Assembly (NCBI GenBank): GCA_964421685.1
Contig: CAYQXU010000001.1
Coordinates: forward strand, 1-41,607
DNA from: Candidatus Woesearchaeota archaeon
GTDB taxonomy: Archaea; Nanobdellota; Nanobdellia; Pacearchaeales; GW2011-AR1
Direction of reading: 5' to 3'
Length of the DNA stretch: 41,607 nucleotides
Shown here piece by piece: positions 33,498 through 41,607 of the stretch; position 1 is the first letter of the stretch; every line of letters begins with the position of its first letter. The notes below the pieces were generated by a model that was not told where the DNA came from, searched no databases, and saw only the letters and a list, made by a program, of their open reading frames with translations. The position numbers were made by a program, and so were the translations under genes.

Positions 33498-34631
33498 ATG
33501 AAAACTCTATCTGACTTTGACTTTCACGGAAAAAGAATTATTCTAAGAGCTGATTTGAATTCTGATCATAAAAATAAAAAAATTTTAATTAGTGAGAGAA
33601 TTATTGAAGCAAGTAAGACAATAAAAGATCTGAAAGATAAGAAAGCAAGACTTGTTGTTATTGCACACCAAGGCCAAAAAGGAAAGTCTGATTTTTTAAG
33701 TTTAAAGCAGCACGCTAAGCTTTTTAATAGATATGTGAAGATTAGATTTGTTGATGATATTTTGGGTAAAAGAGCAATAGAAGCAATTAATAAAGTTAAA
33801 CCCGGAGAAGCTATTTTATTGGAGAATTTAAGGTTTGAAGATGATGAGTTAGATCCAGATAAGAAAAATAATAAATTTCTAAAATTAGTTTCTTTATTCG
33901 ACGTTTATGTTAATGATGCTTTTTCTGTATGCCATAGAAAACACTTTTCAATCGTGGGTTTCCCAAAATACTTGCCTAGCTGTGCTGGAATACTCCTTGA
34001 AAAAGAAGTAAATGCTTTAAAAAAGATTAAAGTGAAAGATGCTCTTTATGTTTTAGGGGGGGCAAAACCAGGAGATTATCTTCCATTGTTAAAAGGAAAT
34101 AAAGTTTTAGCTTGCGGGCTTTTTGGACAATCTTGTTTAGTTGCAAAAGGGAAAAATCTAGGATTTCAAAATAAGTATCTTGAAAAAGAAGCTTCTTTAG
34201 ATGAAAATTTAAAGAGTGAATTAAGAAAAAAACTTAGAAATGTAGAAACTCCTATTGATTTTGCAGTTAAAGTAAATGGAAAAAGAAAAGAACTTTCTTT
34301 GGATGAATTCCCAAACAAGTATGAAATTTTTGATATAGGACAGAAAACAATTGACAAATATGTTGCTGAAATAAAAAAAGCAAAATCAATTTATATGAAA
34401 GGGCCTGCCGGTGATTTTTCTTCTAAAGGTTTTGAAAAAGGAACATTTGCTATTTTAAGGGCAATTGCAAACAGCAAGGCTTTTTCTTTGATTGGTGGAG
34501 GCCATTTAAGCGATGCTATTGTTAAATCAAGAATTCCAATTAAAAAGTTTGGCCATGTAAGTTTGTCTGGAGGAGCTTTGTTAGAGTATTTAGCTGGTGA
34601 AAAATTGCCCGGGATTGAGGCTTTGAAGTAA
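33498..34631 (+). CDS. pgk: Phosphoglycerate kinase
   Basis: Start taken at MKTLSDFDFHGKRIILRADLN, 1 nt after the trxB stop. Also VIAHQGQKG, LENLRFE and GGGALLEYL motifs. Confidence 0.9.
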   Translation: MKTLSDFDFHGKRIILRADLNSDHKNKKILISERIIEASKTIKDLKDKKARLVVIAHQGQKGKSDFLSLKQHAKLFNRYVKIRFVDDILGKRAIEAINKVKPGEAILLENLRFEDDELDPDKKNNKFLKLVSLFDVYVNDAFSVCHRKHFSIVGFPKYLPSCAGILLEKEVNALKKIKVKDALYVLGGAKPGDYLPLLKGNKVLACGLFGQSCLVAKGKNLGFQNKYLEKEASLDENLKSELRKKLRNVETPIDFAVKVNGKRKELSLDEFPNKYEIFDIGQKTIDKYVAEIKKAKSIYMKGPAGDFSSKGFEKGTFAILRAIANSKAFSLIGGGHLSDAIVKSRIPIKKFGHVSLSGGALLEYLAGEKLPGIEALK

Positions 34632-34742
34632 GACGATGCAATAAACCCGTCTTTCTTTTACCCCTACCAAATATAAAGCTTTATAAATATGTAAGGGTAA
34701 ATATTTATAGATAAATATTAAATTAGGATTATTAATTTCAAA

Positions 34743-35681
34743 ATGTATTTTAAAGATAAGGAAATTAATGGCAAGAAGTATAGATATGCCTTAAAATCAG
34801 TAAGGCTTCCTGACGGAAAAATAAAAGTTCTTGAGAAAAGATTTAAAGGAGAAACTAAAGAGGAACTTAATAAAATATTCAATAAAAAATCTGAAATAGA
34901 ACACTTGAATTATATGCTATTTAATTTTAGAACAGACCATATTTTTACACAAGAACAATTTGCGAGAATTGAGGAGATAAGGCTTGGCTACCTTAAGTTA
35001 TTAAGAAAATTGCCAAAAAAAAACTTTAAGGATTTACTTGACAGATTTACCGCTAATTTTACCTATGAAAGCAATGCTTTAGAGGGGAATTCTTTGACAC
35101 TTAAGGATGTTGCAATGGTTATGTTTGAAAATGTTTCTATAAAAGGAAAGGATTTAAGGGAAATTTATGAGACAAGAAATTCTAGAAGAATTATAGAAAT
35201 GATATTTAAGAAAGAATTTGATTTAACTAATGAAGATATTATAAGAATGCATAGGCTGCTAGTGAAAGACACAGGAATAAATGCAGGATATAAAAAATTC
35301 CCTAATATGATTGTTGGAAAAAATATTAGGTTGATTCCTCCTGAAAAAGTTTATGAAGAAATAAGCGAACTGTTAAAGTGGGTTAAAGAAAACAAAGGAA
35401 GGCTTCATCCTTTAAAGCTTGCAGCATTACTTCATGGTAAGTTTGAAAAAATACATCCTTTTGAAGATGGAAATGGGAGGGTTGGAAGGTTTTTGATTAA
35501 TGTTATTTTAGCAAATAATAAATATCCCCCATTAATTATAAGAAAATCACAACGTTTGGCTTATTTAACTGCTTTAGAAAAATTTGATAAAGGGCATTCT
35601 GACAATCTGGAGAGGTTTATCCTTCAGAGATTTAAAGATACATACAGGAAGTTTTTTGAGATTTATATCAGATATGTTTAA
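34743..35681 (+). CDS. Fic-domain protein (class II, AMPylase-type motif)
   Basis: Canonical HPFEDGNGRVGRFL (HxFx(D/E)GNGRxxR) and an N-terminal inhibitory-helix-like motif SNALEGN ((S/T)xxxE(G/N)). Confidence 0.88.
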   Translation: MYFKDKEINGKKYRYALKSVRLPDGKIKVLEKRFKGETKEELNKIFNKKSEIEHLNYMLFNFRTDHIFTQEQFARIEEIRLGYLKLLRKLPKKNFKDLLDRFTANFTYESNALEGNSLTLKDVAMVMFENVSIKGKDLREIYETRNSRRIIEMIFKKEFDLTNEDIIRMHRLLVKDTGINAGYKKFPNMIVGKNIRLIPPEKVYEEISELLKWVKENKGRLHPLKLAALLHGKFEKIHPFEDGNGRVGRFLINVILANNKYPPLIIRKSQRLAYLTALEKFDKGHSDNLERFILQRFKDTYRKFFEIYIRYV

Positions 35682-35726
35682 ATTAAAAAAGCAAAATTTG
35701 GGGTGGAATAAGTATAAAAGATAAAA

Positions 35727-36440
35727 ATGAAAATCATCAAAGTTAAGAATTATCAAGAATTGTTTAAAAAAGCTTGTGAGATATTAGTTAATGAAATTTA
35801 TAAACAACCAAATCTTGTTATTGGTTTTGCAACGGGAGAAACACCTTTAGGATTGTATAAGGAACTCGTGAATGCTTATAAAAAAAGGAAAATTGATTTT
35901 TCTAAGATTAAGAGTTTTAATTTAGATGAGTATTATCCTATAAGGAAGAGTGATAAAAATAGTTTTTATCAATATATGCTTAAAAATTTATTCAATAAAG
36001 TGAATATAAAAAAATCCAACATAAATTTTTTAAATGGTGAAACAAAAAAACTTGGAAAAGAGTGTTTAGATTATGAACTAAAAATTAAAAGAAATCCCAT
36101 AGATATTCAAATTTTAGGAGTAGGTGTTAATGGACATATTGGCTTTGATGAGCCTGGATCAACAATTGACTCAAAAACAAGACTAATTAAGCTAACTAAG
36201 TCAACAATTAGAAGAAACTCTAAGTTTTTTAAAAATAAAAAAATGCCTGCTCAAGCCTTGACTATGGGTATTAATACTATATTAAAATCTAGGAAAATTA
36301 TTCTTTTAGCTTCTGGAAAAGATAAAAAATTGCCAATTAAGCATTTGATTAAAGGACCAACTAGGGGGAATTATCCTGTGAGTTATCTAAGAAAACATAA
36401 GAATCTTATTTTAATTGCTGATAAAGCGTGTTTGGGTTAA
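35727..36440 (+). CDS. nagB: Glucosamine-6-phosphate deaminase / 6-phosphogluconolactonase family
   Basis: GFATGETPLGLY, FNLDEYY and GVGVNGHIGFDEPGS motifs. Confidence 0.78.
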   Translation: MKIIKVKNYQELFKKACEILVNEIYKQPNLVIGFATGETPLGLYKELVNAYKKRKIDFSKIKSFNLDEYYPIRKSDKNSFYQYMLKNLFNKVNIKKSNINFLNGETKKLGKECLDYELKIKRNPIDIQILGVGVNGHIGFDEPGSTIDSKTRLIKLTKSTIRRNSKFFKNKKMPAQALTMGINTILKSRKIILLASGKDKKLPIKHLIKGPTRGNYPVSYLRKHKNLILIADKACLG

Positions 36441-36519
36441 GCTAACCTAAATTGTAACCTTTTTTAAGTAGTTAATAAACAGAAAAGTTTATAAACCTTA
36501 AAATTGTGAAATAATCACG

Positions 36520-37224
36520 ATGGTACAATCTCAAGGATTAAATATTAGAGAAGGGAGAACTTATTTGGATGTTCAATCCAAGCAAGGAACTCTTTCTTTT
36601 TTAGCTTCTGCTTTCGGGTCCGGAACTTATTCTGATGTGGGAACTAAAATTACTGAGGCAGGATTAGAACAGCCGACGATGGCGCAGACTGCTGAATTAG
36701 TTCATGGCGCTTGGCAAAATCCTAAAGAAAAATATTCTGCTGACATTATACAAAAATTAAGAAGCAATTGGCTTTGGGCGTTTAATGGATTGTTATACGC
36801 TCCAAACGAAGGAGTTTATATTCAAGACAGACCTGAAGTAAGGAATGGAAGAGTTTTTATGGATTACAAGGATGTTGTTAGAAAACTAGGGGCTAAAGAT
36901 TCTAGTGTAAGATTTGTTCCCTTTGGGACATTCAAAAGAGAATCGCAATCTTCTTTAGAGTTTGCTAAAAATCCATTCATTCAAGCTTTGGCTGGAGAAG
37001 AAGGAGCGGATAAGTTAGCTCAAGTTGCTGATAAATACAGATACAAACCTTGTGTTTGGGCTTTAGATAGGAAAGATGTTTCTCAATTAACTGCGAGAGT
37101 TGCTGGTCTTGTTTCCAGGTTCATCGTCGTCAGCAGGCTTGGTGTTGTCGGCGGCTGGCTCGGCTACGACGGCGACGTCGGCTGTGCTTTTGGGGTGCGT
37201 CAGGGCGAAGCGCGAACGAAGTGA
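36520..37224 (+). CDS. Hypothetical protein with a compositionally atypical (GC-rich) 3' end
   Basis: 234-aa ORF with no recognisable motif. The last ~35 codons (about 37120-37224) are strongly GC-rich relative to everything around them. Confidence 0.45.
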   Translation: MVQSQGLNIREGRTYLDVQSKQGTLSFLASAFGSGTYSDVGTKITEAGLEQPTMAQTAELVHGAWQNPKEKYSADIIQKLRSNWLWAFNGLLYAPNEGVYIQDRPEVRNGRVFMDYKDVVRKLGAKDSSVRFVPFGTFKRESQSSLEFAKNPFIQALAGEEGADKLAQVADKYRYKPCVWALDRKDVSQLTARVAGLVSRFIVVSRLGVVGGWLGYDGDVGCAFGVRQGEARTK

Positions 37225-37249
37225 TGTTCGCCAAAGCTTGGTCAAACAT

Positions 37250-37278
37250 GTGAAGCGCTGAGCTTCGCAAGTTTTTTT
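37250..37278 (+). terminator. Hairpin plus T7 tract (intrinsic-terminator-like)
   Basis: GTGAAGC-GCTGA-GCTTCGC forms a 7-bp stem (one G-U pair). It is followed by AAG and TTTTTTT, 26 nt after the stop of the ORF at 36520..37224. Confidence 0.5.
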
Positions 37279-37644
37279 CTTCTCTTTCGTAAAGTTTATT
37301 AATTATTGATTTTAATATTTCTTGTTTTAGTTTAGAATCTTTATGATTTTAGAACGCTTAAATGGTTGGAATGCTTATGCAAAATGGGCTGATAGCCATA
37401 TTCTAAGAAGATTTCTCATTGAAAAAATTCATCAAGCAAAAGAGCTTAATTATCAAATACCTATTTAGATGCTTTAGGTTAAGTTTAAAATTAAGAGTTT
37501 CTTGTATATTAGTTAAGGAAAGCAGGCAAAAATTAGTTTCGCTTGTAAACTCGCCCAAAATTGATAGGTTATTAATAGACAAGAAACAAGTATTGATTAA
37601 AGTTATAATAAATAAATTAGGAATAATTAATCAAAAATAAAAAG

Positions 37645-38757
37645 ATGGTTAAAAGAGATATTACTCAAGAGGCTTACGAAAAAGCAAAGGCGGCTCTTAG
37701 GAGATGTGCAACTTCTCGCGGATTATATGCTTCTGGCGGAAAAAATGGATATAAAGGAGTTTGGGCTAGGGATAGTATGATTTCTTTAATTGGAGCAAGC
37801 ACAGACAGAGATAGTTTATTCAAGGAACAGTTTAAAAAAAGCTTGCTAACTCTTGGGAAGTATCAAAGCAAATTAGGGCAGATTCCTAACGCTGTTTTGC
37901 ATTTTGAAAGAAAAAATCCTGAAGTTGATTACAAATCAATTGATTCCAGTTTATGGTTTGTTATTGGGCACTATTTGTATAAAAAAAGATTCAGAGATAG
38001 TTCTTTATTTAAAAAAGATGCGCATAAAATAAAAAAAGCATTAACTTGGATTGCTTATAGAGATGAAGGAGAGGATATTATTTTAGACCAGCTTCCTACA
38101 ACTGACTGGCAAGATGCATTTCCCCAAAAATTCGGGGCTGTTGCTAGCACTCAAGCACTTTATTATAAAATTCTTAATTTAATTGAAGATGGAAAAAAAT
38201 CAAAAAAACTAAAGTATATTGTTAATAAAGATTCTGAAAACAAGCTGTGGAGTGGATGGTTTTATTGGGCATATAGATGGAAAAATCATAATAAATATAA
38301 GGAAATAGGAAATTGGTTTGACTCTTTTGGAAATATACTTTCTATTTTATTTGGCTTAGCGACGGAAAAACAAACAAGGAAAATCCTACATTATATAAAA
38401 AAACATAGAATAAACAGGCCTTATCAGTTAAAAGATATATTTCCTACAATAAAAAAAACAAGCGATTATTGGCAAGATTATTATTATGATGCGAAAGCAA
38501 CTCCAAATCTTTATTTGAATGGAGGCATTTGGCCTTATCTCGGGGGATTTTATGTTCTTGCTTTGGTAAAGATGAAAATGCTTAAAGAAGCTAAGATAGA
38601 ATTAGAGAAACTAGCTGAAGCAAATCTTAAAGGAAATACTTTTCCAGAGTGGATTGATCCAATAACAAAGGAAACACATGGAGAGTTTCAGGCTTGGAGT
38701 GCTGGAACTTACATATGGGCTTATAATTCTTTAAAAAGCAGGAAATTTTTAATATAA
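37645..38757 (+). CDS. (alpha/alpha)6-barrel glycosidase-like protein (GDE_C / GH100-like)
   Basis: YKGVWARDSMISLIGA, LPTTDWQDAFP, NGGIWPYLGGFY and QAWSAGTYIWAY resemble the amylo-alpha-1,6-glucosidase/neutral-invertase fold pattern. Confidence 0.6.
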   Translation: MVKRDITQEAYEKAKAALRRCATSRGLYASGGKNGYKGVWARDSMISLIGASTDRDSLFKEQFKKSLLTLGKYQSKLGQIPNAVLHFERKNPEVDYKSIDSSLWFVIGHYLYKKRFRDSSLFKKDAHKIKKALTWIAYRDEGEDIILDQLPTTDWQDAFPQKFGAVASTQALYYKILNLIEDGKKSKKLKYIVNKDSENKLWSGWFYWAYRWKNHNKYKEIGNWFDSFGNILSILFGLATEKQTRKILHYIKKHRINRPYQLKDIFPTIKKTSDYWQDYYYDAKATPNLYLNGGIWPYLGGFYVLALVKMKMLKEAKIELEKLAEANLKGNTFPEWIDPITKETHGEFQAWSAGTYIWAYNSLKSRKFLI

Positions 38758-38758
38758 T

Positions 38759-39889
38759 ATGATAAGGATAAGGGGTGAAAGAGTGCTCGTTAAACCAGAC
38801 GATTTAAAGCCAAGCTCTAAAGATTTTGAGATATTGGGAGTTTTGAACCCTGGGGCGTTAAGGCTTAGTGATGGACGAATTGTAATTTATGTTAGAGTTA
38901 TAGAGAGATTAAAAAAGACAGAAGATTCTAAATATTTTTATTCTCCCAGATTTTCTGGAAAAGAAAATCTTGAAATAAGAATTGACAGGTTTTTAAAGAA
39001 AAGCACAGAGGGGCATAGTGATATGGATATTTCCTTTAAAGACGGAACTAAGAGGCTTACTTATCTTTCGCATTTGAGGAGAATTATTTTAGATGAAGGA
39101 GGATTTAAAATTTTAAAGCTTGAGCAAAATCCCGCATTTTACGGAACTTATTGGAATGCTGAATTGGGTGTTGAAGATCCTAGAATTACTAAAATCAAAG
39201 ATCTTTATTATATGACTTATGTTTCTTTGAGCAGGAAAGAAGGTGTTTCAACTTGTTTGGCTGTTTCTAAAGATGGGTTTAATTGGGATAGAAAAGGAAT
39301 TATTTTTGGCGAGCAGGATAAGGATGTTGTGATTTTCCCAGAAAAAATTAAGGGGAGGTATGTTGCTTTTGACAGGCCAGAAGGAAATTTTGAATTTACC
39401 CTTCCGCATATATGGATTGCTTATTCCAAAGATTTGCAGTATTGGGGAAAACTTAAGGGAGTTTTTTTCTCAAGGAAAAATGTTGATTTTCACAGAAGCG
39501 GCGCAGGTCCGCCTCCAATGAAAACAGAAAAAGGATGGTTATTCATACTTCACGGAGTAACAAAAACTCATCCTAGAGAATTCTTGTCAAGTATTAAGAA
39601 GCTTTTTGGTTTATCTATAAAACAAAAGGAGGAAATTTATGCTGTTTGGGCTGTTTTGCTTGACTTAAACAATCCAAGGAAAATTATCGCAAGATCACAT
39701 CTGCCAATTTTATATCCTAGGCGGGCTCATGATATTTCTTTTGAGGGAAAGAAAGTTATTTTCCCAACAGGGATTATAGAAGACAAAAATGGAAAAGACA
39801 TTTTATTGTATTCTGGTGCAGGAGATACTTACACTTCAGTTAAAAGAATTAGAATAAGCGATATTTTTGATTCAATGGAAGAGGTTTAA
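38759..39889 (+). CDS. GH130/DUF377-family glycosidase or glycoside phosphorylase
   Basis: GVLNPGALRLSDGRIVIYVRV, GVEDPRITKIKDLYYMTYV, AVSKDGFNWDRKG and VVIFPEKIKGRYVAFDRP are typical GH130 beta-propeller motifs. Confidence 0.75.
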   Translation: MIRIRGERVLVKPDDLKPSSKDFEILGVLNPGALRLSDGRIVIYVRVIERLKKTEDSKYFYSPRFSGKENLEIRIDRFLKKSTEGHSDMDISFKDGTKRLTYLSHLRRIILDEGGFKILKLEQNPAFYGTYWNAELGVEDPRITKIKDLYYMTYVSLSRKEGVSTCLAVSKDGFNWDRKGIIFGEQDKDVVIFPEKIKGRYVAFDRPEGNFEFTLPHIWIAYSKDLQYWGKLKGVFFSRKNVDFHRSGAGPPPMKTEKGWLFILHGVTKTHPREFLSSIKKLFGLSIKQKEEIYAVWAVLLDLNNPRKIIARSHLPILYPRRAHDISFEGKKVIFPTGIIEDKNGKDILLYSGAGDTYTSVKRIRISDIFDSMEEV

Positions 39890-40509
39890 TTTCTATATTT
39901 TCCAATAAGAGTTGGAATTGTTTTTATTCCTTCTAAAGAATATGCGATTGATCTTGTACATCCGTCGTCTATGTCATAATCAAAAATTTTGCATAAAGGC
40001 TCGTTATTCTTTCTTGCCCACGAGTTGTAGTCTTTTTCTCTCACTTCCCCGCCAGGAAAGACTATTACTGGGAACCTTGGATAGATAAAATCAGCTATGC
40101 TTATTATTGATTCTATTTTCTTTTTTGTTTCAGGAGGTATATCTTTTTCAGATCTTCCCTCTAATACTTTCCTTACTTCAAGTGCTGTTTCACTAACATT
40201 CCCTATTGTTAAAAGTATGTCCATGCCCTGCATTTTTGGCCACACCCCTGCATCAGATAGATTAATATCTGCGTTGTGCCAAGCCATTGAATCATATCTT
40301 TGGAGCCTTACTTTGTCGGTTATTCTTTTGCTAAGCTTATCTTCATTCAATCCTTGCAAATAATCTAACTCCCTTTTGTATTCTTCTACTAAAACATCTA
40401 TTCCCAACTCTTTGTGATGGCGAAATTCTTCTTTCATAGCGTTGGCTAATAAAAACCATCTTTTTACTTCTAATGTGCTTATTTCACTTGTTTTTGAAGA
40501 AGAGGCCAT
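39886..40509 (-). CDS. Hypothetical protein, weak ParB/Srx-like C-terminal pattern
   Basis: 207 aa. IDDGCTRSIAYSLEGIKTIP loosely resembles the DGxHRxxA....G...IP pattern of ParB-like nuclease domains. Convergent, with its stop overlapping the stop of the gene at 38759..39889. Confidence 0.45.
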   Translation of the reverse strand: MASSSKTSEISTLEVKRWFLLANAMKEEFRHHKELGIDVLVEEYKRELDYLQGLNEDKLSKRITDKVRLQRYDSMAWHNADINLSDAGVWPKMQGMDILLTIGNVSETALEVRKVLEGRSEKDIPPETKKKIESIISIADFIYPRFPVIVFPGGEVREKDYNSWARKNNEPLCKIFDYDIDDGCTRSIAYSLEGIKTIPTLIGKYRN

Positions 40510-40547
40510 ATAGGTTTAGAAATAGCAGGGTTTAAAAAAATTGTGTT

Positions 40548-41567
40548 TTAAGGAAGAAATTTTCTCAATTCTTTAAAATTAATTTTATAAGCTCTAACAA
40601 AACTATCATTTACATGAGCATATAAGATTCCTTCTTGCTTGTTTAACTGAAGGAAGTCTGAAGCAAATGTAATTGTTGTTGCTTTTGGATCTTCTATCAG
40701 GGGTTTAGGCGAAACCCACGGAATTTCCCCTGTTTTTGGATTGAATAAAAATAATCCTGGACGGAATTTTCTGTAAATTGTTTTTCCCATTTTATGAATG
40801 CTGGGTTCTCTTCCATTAACAACTCCTAGCAATAATCCTTTGTAATTAATCATTTCTTTTGGGAATATTCTGCATGGAGAAGCATGGCCTTTTATCCAGG
40901 AATATTTCATTTTTCTTGGGTCTAAAACGATTTTTATTTTTTTCCAACCTTTATCTGGATGTTTTGAGGTTGAAAGTGAGATTACTGAAGTTCCTTTTTC
41001 AATATCTTCAAAGAGTAAGGCTTCATTAAGCATTAGATATTTTTCATTTAATTTTATCGGCGAGAAACACGATTCTTTAAAGCCATCTATTTTTGCAGTC
41101 GGTTTTAATATCGGTCCTGTTGCTTTTAATGATTCTAGGCTTTTCCCTTGTGCATGACCAAGATAAACTTTGAAACCTATTTTATTTTTTAGCTTGTAAG
41201 CAATAGTAAAATAAACATGTTTAATCCCTTTTTCTTCCCAAATATCTGGATCTTCTAATCCTATAAAGTATTTGTCTTTTCCCTCGAGATTTTTCGTAAT
41301 TTTGTCTATGCCCTTAATTTTTAAGTCTTTGATAATTTTCCAATTTAATCCATCATTACTATTTACAATTGCTAATTTACTTTTGTCCACAAAACCAACA
41401 ATATCAACATTACCTTTTCTTTTTGTTATAATTCTGGCAATTCCTTTTAATGGTTTTGAACTTTTGTCTATAGCTAAAGCCATTATTGGATGCTTACTTG
41501 AAAAATCTCCAAGAACTGGTTTATCCCAATAAGAAACAGCTGAGTTTAATTGAAAAGAAATCCCCAC
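40548..41567 (-). CDS. Beta-propeller glycosidase-like protein (distant GH130/GH43-like)
   Basis: 339 aa. NSNDGLNWKII and GLEDPDIWEEKGIKHVYFTIAY echo the motifs of the neighbouring GH130-like gene. Confidence 0.5.
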   Translation of the reverse strand: MGISFQLNSAVSYWDKPVLGDFSSKHPIMALAIDKSSKPLKGIARIITKRKGNVDIVGFVDKSKLAIVNSNDGLNWKIIKDLKIKGIDKITKNLEGKDKYFIGLEDPDIWEEKGIKHVYFTIAYKLKNKIGFKVYLGHAQGKSLESLKATGPILKPTAKIDGFKESCFSPIKLNEKYLMLNEALLFEDIEKGTSVISLSTSKHPDKGWKKIKIVLDPRKMKYSWIKGHASPCRIFPKEMINYKGLLLGVVNGREPSIHKMGKTIYRKFRPGLFLFNPKTGEIPWVSPKPLIEDPKATTITFASDFLQLNKQEGILYAHVNDSFVRAYKINFKELRKFLP

Positions 41568-41607
41568 AGCTTGCTGTGGTTGGGTAAAAACTATATAGTA
41601 TAATATT

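Noticed and set aside
37100-37280. SRP RNA or RNase P RNA as the explanation for the GC-rich patch.
   Set aside because: None of the conserved motifs I can recall (for example GAAAGUCC-type CR-I, or the SRP domain IV GNAR/AGCA pattern) are present, and the patch is too short.
37343-37640. Small ORFs in the 37225-37644 intergenic region: a 41-aa ORF at 37343-37468 and a 73-aa ORF at 37419-37640.
   Set aside because: They have no motifs, the 73-aa ORF is low-complexity and Lys/Ile/Leu-rich, and the two ORFs overlap each other. They are probably non-coding or a decayed gene remnant.
1-41607. CRISPR arrays, cas genes, transposases, integrases or rRNA genes.
   Set aside because: No regularly spaced direct repeats and no ORFs with the corresponding motifs were seen. 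The only repeats are those reported above.

Overview
This window looks like a chromosomal segment from a small-genome, DPANN-like archaeon. It is visibly AT-rich and densely packed with genes. Archaeal information-processing genes support that call: TFB, ribosomal proteins S8e and S17e, an Sm-like protein, RNase Z, the tRNA-splicing endonuclease EndA, archaeal/eukaryotic-type GlyRS, and three tRNAs. One of those tRNAs carries a 98-nt intron with a canonical bulge-helix-bulge (BHB) motif.

These genes are mixed with bacterial-looking metabolic genes: a bacterial-type LeuRS with an extra ~130-aa insertion, class I GAPDH in a tight gap-trxB-pgk unit, NagB, and GH130-like glycosidases. Small accessory modules are also present, namely a RelE/ParE-like toxin-antitoxin pair and a class II Fic protein.

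The clearly accessory part is a ~16-kb island (about 7.0-22.9 kb) that encodes only secreted or membrane-anchored, sequon-rich proteins. Two of them are giant proteins (1493 and 1521 aa) whose predicted cytoplasmic ends carry DNA-binding-type modules:
- The 1493-aa protein has a PD-(D/E)xK-like domain plus a ribbon-helix-helix (RHH) at its N-terminus, preceded by a start/stop-overlapping winged-helix gene.
- The 1521-aa protein has two tandem Tfx/LuxR-like HTH motifs at its C-terminus.
- A free-standing secreted gene is a mosaic, partly 100%-identical copy of the membrane-proximal ectodomain of the 1521-aa protein.

My best candidate for an undescribed system is this island, read as a membrane-tethered DNA-binding and surface-adhesin locus. 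The second candidate is a conserved ~45-nt element that sits in the 5' leaders of rps8e, rps17e and endA.

All calls come from reading the sequence and ORF translations by eye. No database search was run.
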